Assembly: GCA_951406725.2 (NCBI GenBank)
Contig: OX597830.1
Location: forward strand, 38,316,001-38,380,000
From: Octopus vulgaris
Taxonomy: Eukaryota
Length of the DNA stretch: 64,000 nt
Reading direction: 5' to 3'
Shown: positions 54,088-64,000 of the stretch, piece after piece
Position numbering within the stretch: position 1 is the stretch's first letter
How the letters are laid out: every line of letters begins with the position of its first letter
Translations under genes and position numbers: made by a program
The notes under the pieces: generated by a model
Told to the model about the DNA's origin: nothing
Database searches by the model: none
What the model saw: only the letters and a program-made list of their open reading frames with translations

Positions 54088-54641
54088 GAGTGAGCGAGCA
54101 GAGCATGCCATCAAAGTGACACTGGGGTAAAATATACGAAGCCCAGTATGCCCATCATGACTACCCGTCTGATAAGGGTACACCAGGCACATGCATCACA
54201 ACCATATGTGCGCGACATAGTGATCTCATATCAAGATAAACAGCACATGACCTTGCAGGTGGAGCCCAGTTAGAATTTTCTTCAGATCGAGTAACCCATC
54301 CCGCTCAAAAGGTCCCTGAATAAGGGTTGTTTAAGGACGTTGAACGAAACACGCATGTTTCCAGAGGTGAATTATTCAAACCCAAAGAATCCTTCTCAAC
54401 ACATGGCTATGATGCTCCCCCACTACTTCTGCTCGTGATCAGAGATGCACATATCGTCAGCCACTAAGGGACATGCTCAACTTGGTTAAGGTCAAACAAC
54501 TGACAAGCAAATCTGTGGTATTGAGCAGAATATTTGCTGTAGCCCATCTTTTATACTAAGACAAAACAATGTACATGATAACACTTCCAATCAGTTAAGA
54601 TCAGAAGCCATGAGAGCCACTGCCTGGTACTGCATCAGGGC

Positions 54642-54642
<1 letters not shown>
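54088..54642 (-). mobile_element. ~550-bp non-coding element inserted in (TAA)n
   Basis: Flanked on both sides by (ATT)n; homologous to 10855-11050; no substantial ORF. Strand inferred from the shared end. Confidence 0.7.
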
Positions 54643-54729
<87 letters not shown>

Positions 54730-54775
54730 GCTATTGTTATTATTATTATTAATATTGTCATTATTATTATTATTA

Positions 54776-54842
<67 letters not shown>

Positions 54843-54990
54843 CATCTACATCCTCATCATCATCATTATCCTTATTATTACTATTATTATTATTATAATG
54901 ATGATATTTTTGACTTTTGCCTTTGTATTATTATTATTATTATCATTGCTATTGTTATTATTATTATTATTGTCATTATTATTATTATTA

Positions 54991-55030
<40 letters not shown>

Positions 55031-55137
55031 CATCTACATCATCATCATCATCATCATTATCCTTATTATTACTATTATTATTATTATAATGATGATATTT
55101 TTGACTTTTGCCTTTGTATTATTATTATTATTATTAC
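54643..55137. repeat. Complex (ATT)n tract with an internal ~190-bp duplication
   Basis: The variant pattern gctattgtt...atcatctacatc...gatatttttgacttttgcctttgtatt occurs twice here and again at ~60665-60825. Confidence 0.8.
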
Positions 55138-58100
55138 TTTTTTTTTCTTCTTTCAAACTTGCTTCCATTTCTTGCCGAGCGTCTTCCCGACTCCTAGGGC
55201 AAAGAAACTCATAGTATACATTGGTAGGCCATTAAACCAAACTCAATAGTTCGTTCATATTTTTTTTTTTTTAAATTAAAATACATGAGCAGCAACAGTT
55301 CTCACATCGACAATGCTCTTCTCAATACGTGTAATGTACCAGTTAAGACAATCTTTTGCACTTCTTGCAGGGATGGTAAGCCAGGGATCATTCTCATATA
55401 ATTTTCGGTTCCCTTCTTGATCATTCCTAGTGCTCCTACGATCACTGGTATTGTAACCGCCTGGAGATGCCACATTTTCTCAATTTCAATGAGTAGGTCT
55501 TTATATTTTCTGAGCTTGTCAAACTCTTTCGCTGAGATATTATGATCACAGGGGATGCTCATGTCGATCAATAAGCAAACTTTATTGTTTTGGTCTTTCA
55601 CAACAATATCTGGTTTATTGGCCTTGATGGTTCGGTCTGTATGTACTGGAAAGTCCCACAGAATGGTTACATTTTCTCCTTCAGTTACAGCCTCAGGGTG
55701 GTGATTATACCACTTGTCGGCAGTTTTGATATTGTAATGCCGACTTATTAGCCAGTGTAGATATTGGCCAACTCTGTCATGTCTTAATTTATTCTCCACT
55801 GGTGCTAAGACTTTACATCCAGAGATTAGGTGGTCCACTGTTTCAATCATGTCATTGCAGAATCGGCATTTTGGGTCTGCTCCATTTTTCATCACATTGG
55901 CCTGGTAGTTCCGGGTTAATAGGCTTTGATCTTGAGCAGCCAGGATGAAACCTTCGCTCTCTGCTTTTAGCCCTGAGCTCCGTAGCCACTGATGGGTTTG
56001 CTTCTGGTCAACATCAGCTTATTTGCTGCGGGTCACATATTTGCCGTGCAGAGGTTTCTCCTCCCACCTATCAGCCAATTGCTCGTGCGCTTTTTTCGTT
56101 GCCATCATTCCCTCGGGTTGTTCAGTTTGGGTATCCTGCACGAGATCAATAGCAAATGTTTTGCTTTCCTTTATGATAGAATGAAGCTTCTTTCGTCTCT
56201 CGTGATTCTCCACGAGCTTTAGCATCCAGTCATTCGATATTTCGAGATATTTGGCCAGTCCAATTGTGGTTGTGTTGTAAGCTAGTTCAAATTGGATCAG
56301 GCCTCGACCTCCTTGGGCTCTGGGAAGGTAAAGGCGATCTACGTCTGCCTTTGGGTGGTGCATCCTATTACAACTCAGCAGCTTGCGTATTTTCCTATAT
56401 ATATTCTTTACTTCACTCATATTCCAGTTCAACACATTGTAGCTATAAGTAACAACTGGAACTGCTAAGGAATTTATAGCTAACACCTTGTTACGTGCAT
56501 TTAGTTCAGATTTCAGGACTGCACGAACTCTCCTATAACATTCCTTCCTGAACTTCTCTTTCATGCTTGCATGCTGAATACCAGAGCCTTCATTTATCCC
56601 TAAATATTTGTATGTTTGTTCTTGCTCAAGCTCTCTTATAACTGTGTCAACATCTAACACGTCTGAATTTTTGGTCTTCACTTTCCCTTTCTGGAAAGTG
56701 GCCTTGGCACACTTCTCAAGTCCAAACTCCATCCCGATGTCATCGCTGAATGCTTTCACGGTGCGCAATAGGCCTTCAAGTTCATTATTGTCTTTACCAT
56801 AAAGTTTTAAGTCATCCATATAAAATAGATGGCTTATTTTTTTATTGGCAATTTTATACCCATACCCTGTTCTGTTTAATTCACTTGTAAGGGGTATTAG
56901 GGCTATGCAGAATATTAAAGGTGAAAGTGAGTCACCTTGAAAAATTCCACAGTTGATGTTTATATTTTCTGAGGCAAGTACTCCATTAGAGTGGTATAAT
57001 TGGAGATTCGTATTCCACAACGACATATTGTGCTTCAGGAAGTTTGAAATCACAGGGGAAATTTTGAAGATGTCCAGCGATCTCAAGATCCATGGATGCG
57101 GTATACTGTCGAAGGCCTTTTTATTGTCAATCCATGCGGTGCTGAGATTTCTGCGCTTGTTGTGACAGTTCTCAAGGATCATACGATTGATTAGCAGTTG
57201 ATCTTTGCATCCGTAAGAGCCTCGGCGGTACCCTTTTTGTTCAATGGGGAAAATATCGTTCTTCTCCATGAATGCATATGTTTTCTCCGCCAGGATAGAT
57301 GTTAGGATTTTATACGTGGTGGATAGACAGGTTATAGGCCGATAGTTTTTTGGAAGGTTGGTTTCGTTATTCTTTGAGAGTAGGTAAGTAATGCCACTTG
57401 CTAACCATTCAGGTGTTTTCTTTGGGTCTCTCATAATTCCATTGAGCATTTGAACTAACTTACCGTGTGCGCATGGGAGCGATGCGAGCCAGAAATTCGG
57501 CACCCTATCTTTACCGGGGGATTTCCAATTATGGGCCTTCGTGAGTGCCTTTCTTAGGTCTACTATTGTGATGTCTTCCCATGCTTGTTGTTGTAAATTT
57601 AGGTAGGATCCTTCAGTTTGTATAATCCAGTCTGCATTTATGTCGTACGTCTTCTTGTCACTCCAAATCCTTTTCCAAAAGTTTGAACTTCTTCCATGGG
57701 AGGGGGGTCTTTAACGGTTACTTTCTCCTTCCCTATTTCTCTGTAGAATTTTTTGGCATTGGATGTGAACAGCTTATTTTGCTTGTAAAACTGGTTTCTC
57801 TTCTCAAATCTTCGTATTCTTTCGGCTTTTGCTTGGACTTTTTGTTTCAGCGTTTCTTTTATTGATATCAGTTCTTCTCTTGGTGAGGATCCAAATTTTC
57901 TCTTCATCTTTCTTCCTGTTCTGGATCTTACATCATTTCCACATATTAGTTCATTTAATATTGATATTTCCCTTTTCATAAATTCAATCTCTTTTTCAAT
58001 TTTACTTCTCCAGGTTTGATTTCTTCCCAGGTTTTGTTTCCTTTGTTTTTTCGGGGGCATACAGCTGGTTTCAATTGCCCTAGCAGAAGCGTAAATAATT

Positions 58101-59068
58101 TCATTTAACTCAGTAAAATCAGGTTTTAATTCTCGTATTATTTCATTTGTTACATAGTTGCCAATTTGGATTTGTTTTTTATTTTGGTTTGTATTTGAGA
58201 GTTTATGAAGTGGTTCTCTATCATTCATACTTGTATGTCTTACAACTTCAAGCGTATTCAGGATTTTCTGCCTCATTTCTGCCTAGACTCTCTGTGTTCT
58301 TCAGCAAATGCGAGATCTTCAGTTACTGTTGTGTTTTCGTTTTCCTGGCTATCTTTAACAGGTACAATAGAATTTCTTGTATCTTCAGGCCTTTGCGTAC
58401 TTTGGTCAGATGGCAGTCTTTCAATTAAGCCTCGTGGCGGGCTATACTGTTCATCTGATTCTTCATTTCTTTTGTGTCTTATATTTATGTCATTTTCCGT
58501 TGCGTGCTTGATCGCGCTTATTTCACTGTCTGTGAGTCTGTTATTTCTAAGGATATCCCTCCTCACATTTGCTAATTTGTTCTCGTCCAAATAGGGCCTA
58601 CTGTCTTGATTCCGTGTTCTCCATATACTGTAAGAGTTTGCGGTGTGTCTCTCTTGAGATGGCCTACCTAATGCATAGTAATAAGCGTATATTACTTCTT
58701 TATACTCTTCTCGTGTCCATTTGTTCCGCTTACATTTTACTTTCTGTAGTGGTTGTGGTGGTGAACTTGGAGGGGTCGAGTTGGGGGATTTCCCGTTCAA
58801 GTGACCATCCATGTCCGTATTCGGAGAAGAGTTTGTGCCAGTTGATGACTTTTCGATCCCAGGCTGGCTCTTCCCTGGGGGACGCGCTTCCAGATTAACT
58901 ATAGGACAAGCGATTTGGTATACTGATTTAGTTTTCCTTTTAGTTTCCAAAAACATTTTGGTGCTACGATAATGTTATCAATTTTTAGCTTTGATTGGCT
59001 CGTGGGGAGACGGCCATCACTGCGGTTACAATTATAATCGTACCATTATAGCAGCCGTAGTCGGCTTA
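55138..59068 (-). mobile_element. Near full-length R4/Dong-clade non-LTR retrotransposon (frameshifted)
   Basis: Colinear N-terminal region (KWTREEYKEVIYAYY), RT (NYRPITCL, KAFDSIPH, GIFQGDSLSPL, YMDDLKL), CCHC (CRFC...HLISGC), RHD and KPDIV...LIDMSIP REL. (TAA)-type repeats at both ends. Confidence 0.92.
55302..58956 (-). pseudogene. Single RT-REL polyprotein broken into four ORF pieces (58273-58956, 57638-58276, 56019-57503, 55302-55895)
   Basis: Consecutive minus-strand ORFs. The last two are homologous to the 8917-10632 protein but clearly diverged. Confidence 0.88.
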
Positions 59069-59516
59069 TTATTGTTATTATCATCACCATTATTATCACT
59101 ATCATCACCATCACCATCATCATCATCAATGATATTGTTTTATGTGTAGTCACAGCAGTATCTTATTATTGTTATTTTTTATCATCATCACCATCACAGT
59201 AGTGTCTGTCTGTCTCGTTGGCTGGCTTGGTGGTTGGCTGGCTGACTGTCTTCAATGCCAAAGTTCTTGCCTGTCAAATAATACTTTCATATTTGGTTAA
59301 CAATAGAGCCGAGGTGAGGTTTTGTGTTGGTTGAACTCTTTGAGTGTGTGTGTGTGTGTAGATAGATAGATAGATTATCAGCACTATTACTATCATTATT
59401 ATCATCATCACCATCATCACCATCACCATCAGTGATATTTCTTTTTTGTTAAGGTGGGGTCCTATCGGTCAAAAAAAGTTCAGATGTTTACTACTATTAG
59501 GCTTAAGAAAAATTAA

Positions 59517-60405
59517 GGAAGGGCTGTTCTGTATTGTTTGTGAATAGAGAAGTTGTGTTCGACCAGAGAGAATCTTAGCATCATCATTTTTTTTTTCCAT
59601 GTGCGTTTGTGTTATTGCAATAAAAAGTGTTTGTATATTTCGTGTAAGGTAATATTGTGGAGGTTGAAGTTGACTTTTCTAGAGATGTTTGTATGTCCAG
59701 TTAGAAGAACAGGTGTGTTTTTACAATAAAAAGTATATGTTTACATTTATATTTGAATATTCAGGGAGGAAGCAAAGAAAAGTCAGATTTTCATAGAAAG
59801 CTTTAGTCCACAAAAAGAAAAGCGTGATGTTTTTAGAGAGAAGAAAAAAAAGGATGTTTACAGAGGCAATTGTGGGTATCAAAGTTTTTAAAGCTGGTCG
59901 AATGTATGATTGAAAACTGTAGATATGTAAATTTGTAAATTTTCTTAACTTATTTTGAAGGGCTGTTCTGTATTATTTGTGAATAGAGAAGCTGTGTTCG
60001 ACCAGAGAGAATCTTAGCATCATTATTTTTTCCATGTGCGTTTGTGTTATTGCAATAAAAAGTGTTTGTATATTTCGTGCAAGGTAATATTGTGGAGGTT
60101 GAAGTTGACCCCTCTAGAGATGTTTGTATGTCCAGTTAGAAGAACAGGTGTGTTTTTACAATAAAAAGTATATGTTTACATTTATATTTGAATATTCTGG
60201 GAGGAAGCAAAGAAAAGTCAGATTTTCATAGAAAGTTTTAGGGTTTTGCAAGTCCACAAAAAGAAAAGCGTGATGTTTTTAGAGAGAAGAAAAAAAAGGG
60301 TGCTTACAGAGGCAGTTGTGGGTATTAAAGTTTTTAAAGCCGATCGGATGTATGTTTGAAAGCTGCAGATATGTAAATTTGTAAATTTCTTAACCCACTT
60401 TGAAG
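59517..60405. repeat. ~440-bp tandem duplication
   Basis: gaagggctgttctgtatt.tttgtgaatagagaag.tgtgttcgaccagagagaatcttagc starts at ~59517 and ~59957; the units align throughout with moderate divergence. Confidence 0.88.
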
Positions 60406-60587
60406 AGAATTTCAAATACTCACGAGGTATTGTAGATGTTCCAGTCTTTGAGAGTTATTTTTCCCCGTTGCTAAACTGGCCCATATTAGTGTTTCTATGG
60501 CTTTCGGCCACCAAACTGTCAGAGCAGTGAGGAACGCGTCCAGCCGCTGTCAAGGCTGGCTCTCCTCCTTCTCTTCTTCTTCTTCTT

Positions 60588-60671
<84 letters not shown>

Positions 60672-60794
60672 GCTATTGTTATTATTATTATTATTGTTAT
60701 TATCATTATTATTATTATTTTTATTATTATTATTATTATTATTATCATCTACATCATCATCATTATCATTATTATTACTATTATTATTACTATA

Positions 60795-61112
60795 ATGATG
60801 ATATTTTTGACTTTTGCCTTTGTATTTGTACGAGTTGATTCCAAGTTTTACACAGAGACCTCAGGAGACAACAAGTTAGAAGTTCATATTGGTGTTATGC
60901 CTAGGGTGTCATACATTTGGTTTTGTGCATAGTATTGTTCTAGAGAATGTTTCAGAAAATATAAGAAATTTATGATTTTGTTTTAAATGCTGAGATTACA
61001 TAGACAGTATTTTACGTAGGATATGGGCAGTTCCCATGAATACTATCTTTTGAATTTCTGCCATTTTGCGGTTCCCTGGTATCTGAAATAGGTAGCAGTC
61101 TGCCCCTTTGCT
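60795..61112 (-). mobile_element. 3' fragment of a third Dong-like LINE subfamily
   Basis: Minus strand gives IPGNRKMAEIQKIVFMGTAHILRKILSM*, then a ~200-bp 3' UTR and a (TAA)n tail. Confidence 0.75.
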
Positions 61113-61164
61113 ATTATTATTATTGTTGTCGTTGCTGTTGTTGTTGTTGCTGCTGTTGTTGCCA

Positions 61165-61687
61165 TTGCACAGCTTCTAAAGCTGGAAATGTACTACAGTT
61201 CAGCTGTTCACTACCAGTGAACTAAGGTTACACCTCTTATTTTTCGAGCACCTTCCAGAGTATTCGAATGGTTCCAAGAAGTGCTGTTTTCTGCATGTGG
61301 TCCCCACTTATTGCAGTATTTCTCAGATTTTTACTCACTGTTCCCAGGGCTCCGACAGTTATTGGTACTACTGTTACCTTTTTCCTCGACCACAACTGCT
61401 TAACTTCCAAAGCTAACCTGTCATATCTACCGACTTTTCTTTCTTCCTTATCGCATACCTTGTTCTCAGCTGGACGTGCTATATCTATGATCCAGCATCG
61501 TTTGTTTTCTTTCTCAATTAAGACTATGTCCGGCTTTTTATTCTCAATCTCATGGTCGCACTGAATCATAAAATCCCGTAGGATCTTCGCATTCCTATTT
61601 CCGACAATGCCTTCAGGTTCGTGGTCGTACGAAGTTTTGGCTCTATGAAGTCCACACTTAGTCCAGTGTCCAATGGACAAGCCTGGC

Positions 61688-61688
<1 letters not shown>
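61165..61688 (-). pseudogene. REL endonuclease 3' fragment of a Dong-like LINE
   Basis: DFMIQCDHEIENKKPDIV...IIDIARP...VPITVGALG...QKTALLGT. Next to (ATT)n at 61689-61755. Confidence 0.8.
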
Positions 61689-61750
<62 letters not shown>

Positions 61751-62006
61751 TATTAAAGAAATCAGTTAATATACTATTGTTAACTGAATGTATAATTTGG
61801 AAAATATTTCTATAGACAAAATATGCCACACGAAGATTGCTGTAGGTAATTGTATCATATCTATATTCTTTAGTAAAATGTTTTGAAAAATGTTTCTACG
61901 TAAATACCAACTTTCATCTACTTTCACTACCGCTCTCTCTACCGCTCCCTCTGTATCTCTTTCTCGCTTTGTATATCTCTCTCTCTCTATCTGCCTCTCT
62001 CCCCCT

Positions 62007-62074
<68 letters not shown>

Positions 62075-62359
62075 ATGTCTAACTATCCACACATTCATCT
62101 GCCTGCAGACATATATATACACACACACACATCTACATGCACACACACACGCGTCTACTTCTCACTCCCTAAGGACAAAAAAGAAAGACTTCTTTTACAA
62201 ACAAACCGTGGCAGGGAGTTGTCCTTCCTTGTTGATATTGCCACAAAAATCCTTATATAACATTAGTACTTCTGCAGTTATATCAAGAGTTAAGGAAAAA
62301 CGATATCATACACACGCACGCACACCTAGACACACATACACATATATAAATGAATAGAT

Positions 62360-62405
62360 ACATATCTATATCAATATCTATCGATCTATCTATTTATCTA
62401 TTTGC

Positions 62406-62470
<65 letters not shown>

Positions 62471-62619
62471 AATCTATCTATCAATCTATATATCTACCTA
62501 TCTATCTATCAATCTGTTTATCTATCTATCTAATTATGTATCTATCTATCTATTTATTTATTTATCTATCTATATCTTTCTCTATATCTATATCTATCTA
62601 TCTATCTACTTATCTACCT

Positions 62620-62680
<61 letters not shown>

Positions 62681-62743
62681 CTCTCTATCTCTCTCTCTCT
62701 ATATATATATATATAGAGAGAGAGAGATAGAGAGATAGATAGG

Positions 62744-62777
<34 letters not shown>

Positions 62778-62780
62778 TAT
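62360..62780. repeat. (TATC)n/(GATA)n microsatellite
   Basis: Seen directly in the sequence. Confidence 0.9.
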
Positions 62781-63089
62781 AGTCTGAGATAAAGTCGTTC
62801 ACTTCAGCAATCCATACAGGAATCTGGGTAACATTGTGTTCAATAACCGAATGATGGGTTATACTTTATCTTATGTATTACTTAATGTCATATATAATAT
62901 GAAATAAATACCGTTCGTTGACCGAGAGTAACATGACGAGACTTCTCTTTCAACGAATTGAAGTAATAATTTTCGATGTGTATCGTTATTAAATGATGTA
63001 ACCTATATTATGTGTATATATATATATATATATGTGTGTTTGTGTATACATGTATATAGGTGTATAATAATTATGAATATATATATATA

Positions 63090-63123
<34 letters not shown>

Positions 63124-64000
63124 TATATATATATATATATAGCTATGTATACATGTTTGTATGTATGTTGTTATTGCCTCTCAGACCAGACGGCCGTGTT
63201 CTTTCTTTTCTCCATAACTCAATAGCGCAGATCACACAGATTCAACGATATTCAATTGAATTGAATCTACTTCAATGAATAATTTGGAAGTTGTTTCTTT
63301 TTTGAAAACGCTTTGAATATCGGTGAAATACTGACATTTCAGGTAACTAGGTAATACATTAACCATATATTCTTACATTTCAGAACAGAAATATGTATAT
63401 GTCTGTTGTTTTGAATTAATGATGTCGTTTTTTTTTTTTTTGTGTTTTTGTTTTTTGTATTGCCAAGGCATTAACTGGCAATTATTCCACAATAACCTCA
63501 CTGAAGATCATATGTAACCCGACGTATTTTATATTCACTCATGCATGAACCCCTTCGTTTAATATCCCTTACAACTAAGTATATAAACATCATATCTCAT
63601 TAGCTTAATTTGCGACAAGAATGTAAACACTTCATCAAAACAATTTTAAAGGATTTCGTTTTTGTATGCGGTTTGCAAGATCCTTCATGTAAATTCGCGA
63701 GCTGAATCATATGCTATTGTGTCAGTGGAGGGTCATTTTCCTTTAATGCCTTATTAAATTAACACACTCACCGGTTTGATTTCCACTCATTTACTTGTTA
63801 TTTTTTACTACAAGTTTCATTTCGACTTGCAACCTTTTTAATAGTCGGTGTTTCTGTCCGTTATCGGAATTGCGTTTTCTTTAAGTATGTATGTGTGTGC
63901 GTTAGTGTACATACATACATATATACATACACATTTGTATGTATGTATGTATTTGTGGGCATGTATGTATGTGTATGCATGTATTTATATATATATATAT

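Noticed and set aside
58970-59068. Possible HDV-like ribozyme at the 5' end of the Dong element (cgt-ctcccc-acg-agcc...gctaa)
   Set aside because: No P2 pairing and no P1.1 GG could be assembled.

Overview
AT-rich, microsatellite-dense animal genomic DNA. The two tRNA-derived SINE families and the repeat landscape look like Octopus (cephalopod) DNA; this comes from recognising the repeats, not from a database hit. I cannot support any host protein-coding exon, and most ORFs in the track are translations of (TA)n, (CA)n or (TAA)n tracts. The real coding content is retroelement-derived: (i) several R4/Dong-type RT plus restriction-like endonuclease (REL) LINEs, each beside a (TAA)n tract, including a 5'-truncated copy with an intact 571-aa ORF and a near full-length frameshifted copy; (ii) two Penelope-like elements (RT + GIY-YIG); (iii) an internally deleted Gypsy LTR element; (iv) a 5'-inverted RTE fragment. 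Non-coding mobile DNA includes two non-autonomous Helitron copies, many SINEs and fold-back elements. The most notable signal is two unrelated, non-coding, retrozyme-like families with 534-bp and 556-bp tandem units. Each unit carries a type I hammerhead ribozyme motif with a palindromic stem III. Both sit in (TA)n and have an inverted 5' copy of their own 3' region, the same architecture as the hammerhead-bearing Penelope element in this window, which may be their mobilising partner.
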